From assembly GCF_006345805.1 (NCBI RefSeq), contig NC_042998.1, positions 179,056,001-179,120,000 of the forward strand: a stretch of DNA of 64,000 nt. The letters run 5' to 3'. Positions within the stretch are counted from its first letter, which is position 1; every line of letters starts with the position of its first letter. Positions 51,751 through 64,000 of this stretch are shown here, piece after piece. The position numbers and the translations under genes were made by a program. Source of the stretch: Octopus sinensis. Its lineage: Eukaryota. The notes beneath the pieces are model-generated. The model saw nothing but the letters and a program-made list of their open reading frames with translations. It did no database searches and was not told where the DNA came from.

Positions 51751-53925
51751 AGACGAATACAGATCTGTTAGCCTTAAGAAGCTACGATACGAGCAATGTT
51801 TTCATTCAGGTAACTCGGAGGCGATGTTGTCTCAAAAAGTTAACTCTAAATAGACAGATCCGTCCCCTAATGTCAACATCCAAGCTCGTCATTCCTCAAC
51901 GATAACAAAGCAAAATACACACCGAATCGGTCGTCATCCAAGTCTACAAGGGTCGCGCCCCCAGTGAGGAACCAGACTGAGTGCGAAAAATCAGCTACTG
52001 GTACAAATCTTCCTGAAACACAGCATCTGGAAGTACCCCACAGCTGAAATATTCCAACAGATGGCCATCCACGCTCGTCATCAAATAATCAAAAGAAAAA
52101 TAATGAAAAATGGTGGAGGGGAGATAATAAAGAAGTTCTTCAGGCTTTCTATCGTGCCATGCATTTCCCCACAAATAAATCTAATATTGAACAATCCTAC
52201 CTAAACTGGAGAGAGAAGCACTTTGAAGAAAGATCCTACATAGATAGTATCAAACTTGCCAACGTCAGAAGAAGCATTATGAAAAAGAAATTACTAACTG
52301 AATTAGAGATTGACCAAATTAAATAATCAGTAAAGGATAAAAAGAACAAAGTTGCAGTTAAAGAAGATACTACTGAGGAAATAATTATAGACCAACCCAG
52401 GTCTGATGAAAATGCAGTAATGATAGAAAGAGTCAATGTAACTGATAAGCAAAGGAAAATACTTTCTGAACCAACCATAAACACCAAGGCAGATGGAAAT
52501 CAAATAGATGAAGGAAGTCACACAGAAACTGACCCAACTGAACTAGATGATCTAAAAAATAAAACCATGCTTGAATGGCTGAAAATTAAAGAAACCAGTA
52601 TGAATGAATGTGACACTCTCCTAAAAATTCGCAACTCTAACCAAAACCTGAAAGTAATTGGTAAAATCCGCCTTGCACTTAAGTAGATAATTTCAGCTAA
52701 TGATGTTGATATTACAAATCTCAATCACCGGTACTATGCATCTACAAAGATCTCAACGATTCTATGTGGTGAAAAGATTAGAAAACGGCAACATTCTCAC
52801 AAAAAGCCAATTTAGCAACAGCGTATTCAACACCAAATTCAGTTACTTATGTCTGACATAGAATGTTTTAAAAACTTTAAGTTTGACAAGAATATCAAAC
52901 CAACAGAAATCCGAAAATTATAGAAAAAGTATATAAAAACTATACTTGATATCGATATCATCATAGAAACTATCAAGCAAAAGGTATCTGCTAAAGCTTA
53001 CCGCATGGCACGGTATGAAAAGCGCGTTAGATTCTTCAAGGACAACATGTTAAAAAATAACACAAAATTTTTTTTACAGGAAGATAGGGAAAATACCAGT
53101 TATAGCAAAGTCTGTCCCATCAAAAGAAGTGCAGGAATTTTGGAATATAATTTAGACAGAAGAAAAACACACAATAAAAAGGTCCCTTGGATTGATAAAA
53201 TATCTACTGACTTAGACTTCTTAGAAGAGAAAAAATGGGCAGGTATCAAGAAGTCAAACAAATTCTTAACTTCTGGTTGAATGCTTTCCAAGAGAGTCAT
53301 GAACTTCTAACAAAACTTTACAACAATGTTAATGGTGTTACATTTTCCCTTTCAAACAATGAAGAAACAAATGAATCAAAAAATTATAACCCCACAACCT
53401 GCTTAACCACAATGTATAAAATGCTAACATCTGTCTTGACTGAATACGTTAATAGTTTTTTTTAACTGAAAGTAGTATATTCCCTAATAAGCAAAAAAGA
53501 TGTAAACGTGGGTCCTATGGTTGTAAAGAGCTATTCATCAATAAGATGATCTTGGAAGATAGTCACAAACTACACAAGAACTTGTCAATAGCCTAGATAG
53601 ACTATAAAAAACCTTTTGATAGTCTACCACATAGCTGGATTGCGAAATGTCTGGAAATTTATAAAATAGCACCTACTTTGCGAAACTTTTTGTCTGTAAG
53701 TATGAGATCATGGAGAACCACTCTGACTTTGAACAGTGACAACGAATCTCTCAATGCTGGGGATGTAAGAATTTCATGTGGCAATTTCCAGGGTGACTCT
53801 CTATCATCACTCCTCTTTCATCTAGCCTTAATACTTCTCTCAAAATTGCTCGATGATATACAATATGGCTATAAAACGTTTAATAAAAATATAAATAATC
53901 TTTACATGGATGATTTAAACAGAAT
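51750..53925 (+). pseudogene. R4/Dong non-LTR 5' half (putative 5' UTR, N-terminal region, RT up to YMDD)
   Basis: IETIKQKVSAKAYRMARYEKR..., KNYNPTTCLTTMYKMLTS, IDYKKPFDSLPHSW, GNFQGDSLSSLLF, LYMDDL; many stops and frameshifts; starts after (AAT)n. Confidence 0.88.
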
Positions 53926-53989
53926 AAAGGTGAGTCCATCATCATAATCCTCCTCCTTTTCTTCTTCATCATCATCATCGTTATTATTA

Positions 53990-54490
53990 TTGAGTGAGAG
54001 AGTAGAGCATGCCATCAAAGTGATACATAGGGTAAAATATGCGAAGTCCTGTATACTCAGTCATTACTACCCGTCTGATGAGGTACACAGACACATGCAT
54101 CACAACCATATGTGCGCGACATGGTGATTTCATATCACGATAAACAGCACATGACCTTGCAGGTGGGACCCTGTTAGTATTTTCTTCAGGTCGAGTAGCA
54201 CATCCCACTCAAAAGGTCACAGAATAAGGGTTGTTTAAGGATGTTGAACAAAACACCCATGTTTCCAGAGGTGAATCATTCAAACCTCAAAGAATTCCTC
54301 TCAACACATGGCTATGATGCTCCCCTACTACTTCTGCTTGTGATTAGAGATGCACATGTTTATCAGTCACTGAGGGAGACGCTCAACTGGTTAAGGTTAA
54401 ATAACTGACAAGCAAATCTGTGGTATTGAGCAGAATATTTGCTGTAGCCCATCTTTTATAACAAGACAAAACATTGTACATGATAACACT
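53990..54490 (-). repeat. Family D copy
   Basis: Matches 46070-46565. Confidence 0.85.
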
Positions 54491-54544
54491 TGCAATCTGC
54501 TAATATCAGAAGCCATGAGTGCCACTGCCTGATTAGAAATTATT

Positions 54545-54750
54545 AAGGCGGCGTGCTAGTAGAATCTTTAGCACGCCGGGCGAAATGCCTAGCGGCATTT
54601 CGTCTGCTGCTACGTTCTGAGTTCAAATTCCGCCGAGGTCGCCTTTGCCTTTCATCATTTCAGGTCCAATTAAATAAGTACCAGTTACGCACTGGAGTCG
54701 ATGTAATCGACTTAATCTCTTCCTCCAAATTTGAGACCTTGTGCTTCCAG
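54545..54750 (+). mobile_element. SINE family B variant
   Basis: aaggcggcgtgctagtagaatctttagcacgccgggcgaaatg...gagttcaaattccgccgagg. Confidence 0.8.
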
Positions 54751-55519
54751 AGAAAGAATTGTTATTATTATAAATTAGGTACCAGTTAAATAACGGTGTC
54801 AATCTATGACTAGATTTGTGACCTCGTGTTTATGATGTAAATCATTTTTATAAAGTCAGCGCTTTCTGTAGTTGCGCTGCTGTGCGCATTTAAGAAAACG
54901 ATTAAGTTTTACTAGTTAATCAAACTGAGAGTGTAACAAGAATTATGTTGAAAAGAAATATATAAAAATAGAAGGTGAAAGAAAAGTAAAAGTCGCTATA
55001 AAAAATACATCAAACTTACTTCTTGAAGACGATCTTACTGGTATGAAAGACAACCGCGTTAGTAACTAGCTAAGATATACTGTGAAGTCGTATCACCCAG
55101 TCTGATTGAAATATCGCTGCAAACTGTTACATTTAATCGAAGACCAGAAAAAAAGAAGAATGTTTATGTGAATATGGGTGGAGAGAGTAATAACATAAGA
55201 GCACGGTCAATATACTATGGCATTAAGGGAAAAACATCAGGTGACATTAATTCTTATTTAACAAGTATGGTAGATTAAAACTGAAATATTCACGGAACGA
55301 CATAATTTTTTTTGCTCTACTGAAGGTGAGACCTGCTGTTAAGCAAGTCGATTGGACGTTTTCCGTCAAACGCTCCATGCTTAATTGTTCTTATAATTGC
55401 CTAAATGCAAATGGATGTCAAATGCATATGTACATACATACAAACATACATACACACATACATGCATACACACATCCATATATACACATGTATATATATA
55501 TACATATATATATATACTC

Positions 55520-55930
55520 TTTACTCTTTTACTCTTTTACTTGTTTCAGTCATTTGACTGCGGCCATGCTGGAGCACCGCCTTTAGTCGAGCAAATCGAC
55601 CCCGGGACTTATTCTTTGTAAGCCCAGTACTTATTCTATCGGTCTCTTATGCCGAAACGCTAAGTGACGGGGATGTAAACACAGCAGCATCGGTTGTCAA
55701 GCAATGCTAGGGGGACAAACACAGACACTCAAACACACGCATACATATATATACATATACATATATACGACTGGCTTCTTTCAGTTTCCGTCTACCAAAT
55801 CCACTCACAAGGCATTGGTCGGCCCGGGGCTACAGCAGAAGACACTTGCCCAAGATGCCACGCAGTGGGACTGAACCCGGAACCATGTGGTTGGTAAGCA
55901 AGTTACTTACCACACAGCCAATCCTGCGCC
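55520..55930 (-). mobile_element. SINE family A, full length
   Basis: Reverse complement of the family A consensus, with internal (TA/TG) tract. Confidence 0.88.
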
Positions 55931-55957
55931 TATATATTTATATATAGCAAAGGAGGG

Positions 55958-55999
<42 letters not shown>

Positions 56000-56674
56000 T
56001 GGATGGATAGATAGATAAATATGCACATACACACACGCACACGCACACAAACACACATACATGAGAAATTAAGATAACCACACGTTTATGTTATTATGTC
56101 ATAGATAAGTGAAGGCTGTCGCCGGAAAGCAGCATCGATGGAGCTACGTAAAAGATGAGTATTTTCTTGTAGAAGACCTGACTTTAAACCCTCCATACAT
56201 ATAAAAGCATTGATTGTCTCGAACCCGCAACTTATGCAGGAATGTAGGAGTGCCATCCTGCTATATAGTGTGTCTTACTCGTTTAAATCTGACCGAACAC
56301 GTACATTTCCAGGTCTGTTCTCGCCCATCTTCTTCCAAAGAGAAAAAGAGAGAGATAGATAGAGAGAGAGAGAGAGTAATGGAGCTCAGAACTGAACTGG
56401 TGCCATATTTACCAATCCAGAAAGGATGAAAGCAAAACTGATTTCACCAGGTTTTGAACTCAGGTGGCAGAGGCGCGGAATTAATACCGTGAGGAATATT
56501 ATCCTATTGTCTAACGACTGTGTCAGTTGGCCGAGCCATAAGAGCTTTGTCGTGTTCTTAATATACAACATGAAGTCGACATGCTGAAAGTCATGCCTGA
56601 ACAATTTAGAGAATTGAGTAATTTCATTCTGCGTCATTGTGTGTGTTATGGATACGTACGTACATACATACACA

Positions 56675-57078
56675 CAACTTTAGCACGCTGGGCGAAATGC
56701 TTTGTGGTATTTCGTCCGCCGCTGTGTTCTGAGTTCAAATTCCGCCGAGGTCGACTTTGCCTTTCATTCTTTCGGGGTCGATTAAATAAGTACCAGTTAC
56801 GCACTGGGGTCGATATAATCGACTTAATCCATTTGTCTGCCCTTGTTTGTCTTCTCTGTGTTTAGCCCCTTGTGGATAGTAAAGAAATAGCCATTTCGTC
56901 TGCCGCTACGTTCTGAGTTCAAATTCCGCCGAGGTCGACTTTGCCTTTTATTCTTTCGGGGTCGATTAAATAAGTACCGGTTACGCACTGGGGTCGATAT
57001 AATCGACTTAATCCGTTTGTTTGTCCTTGTTCGTCCCCTCTGTGTTTAGCCCCCTGTGGGTAGTAAAGAAATAGGTTT
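56675..57078 (+). mobile_element. SINE family B head-to-tail dimer
   Basis: Second monomer restarts after gtaaagaaatag at atttcgtctgccgctacgttctgagttcaaattcc. Confidence 0.88.
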
Positions 57079-57220
57079 TGAGGGAGCTAATGTAGAAAAT
57101 ATTTTTTCACGAAGAACAATGCCATCTTATGTTCACATGTAGTAATGTTCATTATATAGACAGGCGCCATTGATCTGAATGTAAGTCTTCTCTTGGTGCC
57201 GGTGAAATAAGTACCAGTAA

Positions 57221-57329
<109 letters not shown>

Positions 57330-57438
57330 GTCTGTCTGTCTGTTTGTCTGTCTGCCTTTCTGTCTATCTGTCTGTCTGTCTACTTGTCCGCCTGTCTGTC
57401 TATCTATTCATAAACATGTGTTTATATATATGCATATG

Positions 57439-57479
<41 letters not shown>

Positions 57480-57699
57480 TGTGTGTGTGTATGTGTGTGC
57501 GTGTGTGTGTATGTGTGTGTGCGTGTATGTCATTGTGTACATGTATTTTTAGGTTAATTTTAGTATTACTGGTAACATGTAACCAGGTACAACCTGTCGC
57601 ATGATCGGGCTGTCAGCCACTTAACCAACAACCCTACCAAGCTTGGTAAAACACTCACAACTTCGTTTACATCCAGTTATGCAGACTTTTGGGCAAACG

Positions 57700-57975
57700 C
57701 CTACGTTGTTTATTTAGATAACGGGATTGGCCATCTGCAAGGCCTTTCCTTACTTTAAAAGGCATCAGGCGAATCATCGCTTGATTTTTTAATTTCTCTG
57801 TCATGTGTTGCATACTATGGTTGGCTGTAATCAAGAAAAACGCTATATGAAGAAATGAAAGCAAGTGACAGCATGGATGATGATCTCTCATATCATCTGC
57901 TACACATGTGTAAAAGTGTATAGCTCCCTAGAAGGACTGAAAAGCCACGTCCATGCTGCTAATGTTTAAGAGAAC
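57700..57975 (+). pseudogene. RTE-type LINE 3' end remnant with C2H2-like tail
   Basis: IICYTCVKVYSSLEGLKSHVHAA resembles the terminal C..C..S..GL.SH motif of RTE ORFs. Confidence 0.5.
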
Positions 57976-58179
57976 AACCAAACGTTGCTCAAAATCGAGT
58001 GGCAGCCATCATGCATGCATGTTTGTCTGTCTGTCTGTCTCTCTGTATGTATGTATGTATGTATGTATGTATGTATGTATGTATGTATGTATTTTCTTTC
58101 TTTTTTTAATTTAGAATAAATTTTGACCGGCCACTGATTTCGTAGCAAGGTTATGAAGGAAAGTATCTTGATTTAACCG

Positions 58180-59650
58180 TCACTCTTTAAATCTTAAGAA
58201 GGTCTTGCAGATTTTTATAGTCTCAGATATCGAGATCATTTGTAGCGTATGAATTATGGATTTGCATTCTCTCTCCAAGTTTCTAAGTTCAGCCATACTT
58301 TGCTCCAGACGGGTTGAAATGTATCCTGTTGCTCCAAAGCTGAAAGTGTATATTGGGTATTGGATTTGGAAACTCTTTATCAATAGTTCATGCATGTCTT
58401 CTTTTTCTTGTATTTTTCTAACCACATTCGTGTCCAGGGGCAGTTGATTTCCACAACAAAGCATATTTTTTATTTGTGGTGCCACACAACGATATCTGGC
58501 TGGTTGTGTTTTAACTTGATGAATGTTTTAATTTTCAAGTTCCTCCAGTATTCCTTAGACAACATCGTTTGTAGGTAATCTCTTTTTGTTATTCTGTTCC
58601 AGATCGTTCTGACCACCGTATCATGCCTCGTGGGAAGATAATATCTGGAAGACGTTTCCTCACAGTTGGCAATAAAATGGTCGATGTCTTTAGTCTTGGT
58701 TTTGCACAGCCCACATTTGCTGTTTGTCAAAGTTTTCTGGCTTTTATATTGTAGGTACTTGGTGGGGATTTCTTGTTCTTGGATTGCATGACTGTAGCCT
58801 TCAAAGTGGGATGCCATAAACTTGGGTAGATTTGTGTAGTACTTGAAGTTCCCACCGCCAATCTCCGACTTCGCCTATCCCTGCGGCCCCTTCCATCTGT
58901 CCTTCTGCAACGGCGCTTGCGGTGGTTTGGCCATGCATGTAAGGCGTCCGGTGGGCGAACTGAGCCGTGATGTCCTTCTCCCAACTCCACTTCCCAACTG
59001 GTGGAAACGCGCGGGCGGGCAGCTGAAGACCTGGGCTACGACGATCAAGGAGGACCTCTCCGTGCTCACGGGTCCGCAGATGGTCGGCCTGCGCCGATGG
59101 AACCGTGACTGGCTCTCTATCTCCAGTGAACTGGCGCTGGACCGTCGTGCGTGGACCGCCATGGTTCGAGATGCCTCGAGGGTGCTAGAAGAAGCCGACT
59201 CAACCCACCCAGGGTGAGTGTCGCCACAAGTAAGTAAGTAAGTAAGCCATAAACTTGTCGGTACTCCATGCCAAGCTGTTGACATGATCGGTCCCTTCTA
59301 TGGTTTGTGTTTTGCATGCCAAGCACCCATGTACTACCTCCTCAGTGAACTGGTTCATTTCTTTTTCTGTTGTTCTGATAAATAGAATTTACCAATGCTC
59401 CTTGGGGAGAGAGATCTGTATCAGATCTTATTTCATATCTCTCCTCAAGTTCATTAGCTTTCCTAATTATGTTGTTGGTTTCATGTTCACAAATTTGGGC
59501 AAAATTGTTACTAGTCTTTTTTCTATGCTGTAGATGTTGTTTTAGAGGCACAATCCGTGCTTCATATGACATCAATACAGATCTGAGACTTTGGCCACAA
59601 TCCTTGCATGGGAAGTACAACCTGTCTACATCAGGTATAGCCAACTTCGG
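58180..59650 (-). pseudogene. R4/Dong non-LTR 3' half (post-RT, zinc knuckle, REL endonuclease), split by an RTE insertion
   Basis: IPDVDRLYFPCKDCG..., WSTDKFM|ASHFEGYSHAIQEQEIPTK...KCGLCKTKTKDIDHFIANC...RHDTVVRTIW...HNQPDIVVW...VEISCPLD...KICKTFLRFKE*. Confidence 0.9.
58825..59245 (+). mobile_element. 5'-truncated RTE-clade LINE with (TAAG)n tail and 12-bp TSD
   Basis: LLQRRLRWFGHA, then frameshift, RRPVGELSRDVLLPTPLPNWWKRAGGQLKTWATTIKEDL...DRRAWTAMVRDA. TSD gccataaacttg at 58813-58824 and 59246-59257. Confidence 0.9.
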
Positions 59651-61045
59651 TGGCTATACCAGAATAGGGAGCTATTTCTAGCACTAGAGTTAGCCACTTA
59701 ACGTTAACTCTCTTATATTTATATTTATATATATATATATATATATATTTATATTTAGGGTATTTGTTATGGCTGGTCAGAGAGTGACCATTGGTTTTGC
59801 ACCTATAAAACGCTTAGCTGTATAGGCAATTCGTTTGAATCAAATTACTTGAAACAGTATTAGTACCAAATAGTAATCTCTATAGCTAACTTAACATGGT
59901 TATACATTAAGAACGCCATAAAACCGCGGTATTCGTCCTGAAGAAACATTTAGTATAGACGTAGAGTGTTAAAAATTACAGAATATCAGCATCTCATCAG
60001 TGCGAGATGCTTTCTCAGTTCGAATAGAGCAGTTTTATGGCGTTCTTAAAGTATATCAACGTACGTGTATGTATGTATGCTTATATGCAAGTTAGGCAAA
60101 TTAACTTAAATTATAAATGTGATCTACTGTTTCTTGCATATGCAGTAGACAAGGTAGGACAACTGCTACATGAGTGACGCTTTTTGAGACTAAAAATTAG
60201 AAAAAAAAGAAACAAAACAAAAACACGTGCCTACAGCTCTCCACCTCTTGTCTCTGGAGATAACATTGTCTGTTTCATAATGGAAGTCAATTTTGGAGAA
60301 TTCTTGATTCTTAAGATTGTCTTTCTTTCTCATTTGGAATCGGTACAAATTGCCACCAAGTAGTTTGTCTATTCCCCTGGAATCGAATATAATTTCAATT
60401 ACAAGAACTAATTTTGTATAATATAAAATAGATCTTTACCTGTTTTAATGCTCAAATATGTACCATGAGCCATTCTCAGTTGCCTTAGTTCAATATCTAT
60501 CTATCTATCTATCATCTATCTATCTATCTATCTATCATCTATCATCTATCTCTCTATCTATCTATCTATCTATCTAGCTATAATATATATATAGAGAGAG
60601 AGAGAGAGAGAAAGAAAAGAGAGAGAGAAAGAGAGAAGGGAGAGAGAAAGAGAAGAGAGAAAGAAAAGAGAGAGATAGAGAGATTGAAGATAGAGAAGAG
60701 AGAGAGAGAGAGAGAAAGAAAGAGAGAGAGAAAGATAGATATGAACTAAGACAACTGAGAATGGCTCGTGGTATATATTTGAGCAATAAAACAATTAATG
60801 GTATATTAATTATATATATATATATATATATATGTATCTTACAGAGAACGGTTATCGTTTAGAGAAACTGAAGAGATGTCTAGTTCACGCTAGATATGAA
60901 ACCAATGTTTTTTTTCCTAAACTATTACATTACACATACAAATGTATGTTTGAGTGCATGTATATGTATGCATGTATGTATGTATGTATGTATGTATGTA
61001 GGATGTATGTATGTATGTATGTATGTATGTATGTATGTATGTATA

Positions 61046-61130
<85 letters not shown>

Positions 61131-61132
61131 TT

Positions 61133-62250
61133 AAGGTATGTAGAAAAATACAACATGACAAGAACGTATAACTCTTAGAAGACGACACAATAAACATGGA
61201 CAGACATTCGAACCCCTCAGTCTTCAGTCAGAACCGGATCATCGTAGTAATTCGGCTGATTAATCTGAGATACTAGATCACGGCCAGCCCTCCAAGAAAA
61301 ACTAAGCAAGAGCATTAAAAAACTAAGCTGGAAGCGGAGATTCTGGAAGAAGGATCGAATGCATACGAACACCAGGACAGCAAAAGGGACAGATATAAAA
61401 AAAACAAAAACAATAATGGAATACAGAAACATGAAATACAGAAGCATTAACGGTGAAAACAACAAGTGTCTTACGACTGATAACAAGCAAACAAATTTTT
61501 TCTCTGGCGCATTGGAGAAGCCTTTATAGCGGCGGACGAAAAACAACGATGTTAACACGACGAGGGTCAGGAGCTGAACAGATCAGATTTCGGCCAAGTC
61601 AGGACAGAGAAGAGGGAAAAGAAAGAAAGAGAAGCAAGGAGAGGAGAGAGACGAGGACAAAACGCAACAAAGAGAGATAGAGAGAGAAAGAAGGGATCAG
61701 GAGGAGAAGGATGGGTGTCGAAGAAGACCTGTGAGGCAGAGCGAGACAAAGAGAGAGAAAGGGGGACAGATCAAGTAAAAATGAGAGAGAGAGGGAGACA
61801 AAAGAGAGTCGTACCAATATTAAGAATAGTGCTCACATTAATGATAAGGTGGGTAGGGGGCGCCTGGAATATATATGTGTAGGTATGTAGAAAATCAACA
61901 TGAAAAGAAGTATAACTCTTAGAGACGACACAATAAACATGGACGACATTCGCACCCCTCAGTCTTCAGTCAAGAACCGGATCATCGTAGTAATTTCGGC
62001 TGATTAATCTTGAGATTACTAGATCACGGCCAGCCCTCCAATAAAAACTAAGCAACGAGCAATTAGAAAAACTAAGCTGGAAGCGTAGATTTCCTGGAAG
62101 AAGGATCGAATTGCATTACGAACACCAGGACAGAAAATGGACAATATAAAAAAAAAAAAAAAACAATAATGGAATACAGAAACATGAAATACAGAAGAAT
62201 TAACGGTTGAAACAACAAGTGTCTTACGACTGATAACAAGCAAACAAATA
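61133..62250. repeat. Direct duplication of a ~360 bp unit (61133-61495 and 61881-62250)
   Basis: ggtatgtagaaaa...acccctcagtcttcagtc...gtcttacgactgataacaagcaaacaaat occurs twice; many differences are 1-nt indels. Confidence 0.9.
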
Positions 62251-64000
62251 TATATATATATATTACGCATGCACTCAAACATGTATATGCACACACACAC
62301 ACATAGAGATACTCACGAAGCGTCAATGAAAAATACCTATTAAATTAACCACCATCACTTCACTGATACTTATTTGTTTTCATTTTTCTTCAAGGAAGAC
62401 GAAAGGCAAGGTCGATGCCAACAGGAATTGAACACGGGAGATAAAAGAGATGTAACTAAATTACACATGCCATTTTATCTGGAATTCTTCCGGTCCTGCA
62501 ATCACCTTCCACTTACTGTTGATGGTATGGTTGCTGATGCTATCGATATTCTTGGTGCGGTTGTAGTCGCAAGTTAATACTCGGCAAACTGAGACCATAT
62601 TAAAGCTATTTAAGTCAAAGTCATTTAACGGGCAGCTTCTAGGAAATTACGACTGCTTCGCATTCCTTTTTACTCCCCTATAAAGTAAGGACGTTTCGTA
62701 CCTTGTTAAAAGACACCAATATCTTACTGTTTCTTTTTCTTCACTTGTATACATGTATGTATGTATGTATGTATGTATGTATGTATGTATGTATTGTATG
62801 TATGTATGTATGTGTGTGTGTATGTATGTAAGTATACATGCATACATGCATGTATTCATGTATGTATGTAGGTATATATGTATGTGTGTGTGTATATGTA
62901 TGTATGTGCGGGTATGTATGCATGCATGTATGTATGCATGTATGCATGTATGTATGAATGTATGTATGCATATATCCACGCATGTATGTACGTATGTATA
63001 CATACGTGTATGTATGTATGCATGTATGAATGTGTGTATACATGTATGAATTATGTACGTATATATATATATATATATAATAATATATATATATATATGT
63101 ACGTATGTATGCATGTACATCCTGAGTATAACTATAAAAATAAGCCTCAGGTAAGAGGATAGTTTTCTAGCAGTCATCATCAAATCACTGAAGAATTAGC
63201 GAGTGTTTCGTTGTATTGCAATGACAGAATTAAACCACTACGCAGAGAAAGTGGATTGCGAAAGAGCAACGTCCAATCCTGGAGGAGATTTCTCTCTCAT
63301 CCATTCAACGCTGCCACAACGAGAGAGAATAAAGAAAGAAGATCTTACCTGACTCATGTTTCTTTCTTTTTTTGCCCCCTTTCTTAATCAAAAATGTAAA
63401 ATCCCACAGTAGCTTCAGACGTATGCAAAATTTTGTGATGTCGGGCTTTCATCTATGAATAAATACAAATACAAAATAATTATTTATAAATGTGTACATA
63501 CATACATATGCACATACACACATACATTACATACATACATACATACATACATACATTTATTCATTAAATTTGCCATGTAGGCAGCACATAGGTTAGGTAG
63601 CTTTGTGGGCTGGGCATAGACATTGATGAGGCAAATGATTATGATACAAAAATAATAAAGATGGGAGGAGACAGAAAGCACCCGCCGATCCTCTGCTTCT
63701 CTAAAACATTGTTCTTAAAAAACGCATATACAGAGGTATTAACCCTGTTACAATTTAAAATACCATATATTTGGACTAAAAAGTCCATATAATTATAAAA
63801 CACAATTTGTACACAAATTGGAGGCGATAAACCTCTACAATCCTTCCCCAAGTAATTTTCTTGCAACTTGCAGGCATTCCTGCAACCGCAATCCGGCGCT
63901 CCAAAAAAGAATTCTATAATTCTTGTTTTTACACGAGTCAATTATATGATCACAGTACTTTCTTTCCAGCACCAGAGCAGCTACCTGCAGAGGCCACTCT

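Noticed and set aside
61935-61975. Minus-strand CTGAAGA...CGAATGTC as a hammerhead
   Set aside because: GAAT instead of GAAA, no closing stem II and no palindromic stem III.
63340-63365. Minus-strand ATGAGTCAG|gtaaga as a first coding exon
   Set aside because: A three-codon match with a donor site is expected by chance in 64 kb.
63639-63941. 100-aa non-repetitive ORF on the minus strand
   Set aside because: No recognisable domain or clear splice boundaries; starts at TTG; may be UTR or intergenic DNA.

Overview
AT-rich, microsatellite-saturated eukaryotic DNA with one 100-N gap (12263-12362). The SINE families and repeat landscape suggest an octopod cephalopod (Octopus sp.); this is an inference. 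No complete protein-coding gene can be supported; two splice-bounded minus-strand exon candidates are reported at low to moderate confidence. Most of the window is transposon fossils: three tRNA-derived SINE families (labelled A, B, C here), mariner/Tc1/Tigger/hAT/Merlin DNA transposons, non-autonomous Helitrons and a Helentron-type element, R4/Dong, HERO-like and RTE non-LTR fragments, and Penelope-like elements (PLEs) with GIY-YIG endonuclease. The most interesting signal is a set of minimal hammerhead-ribozyme-like motifs (CUGANGA-like core, stem II, GAAA, palindromic stem III, NUH, short helix I). They lie in short non-coding repeats that sit in (TA)n tracts and repeatedly form fold-back structures; three copies carry a CCGA core variant. 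Nearly all long ORFs in the supplied track are microsatellite artefacts. Coordinates without an explicit TSD or TIR are approximate, and all identities were judged by eye.
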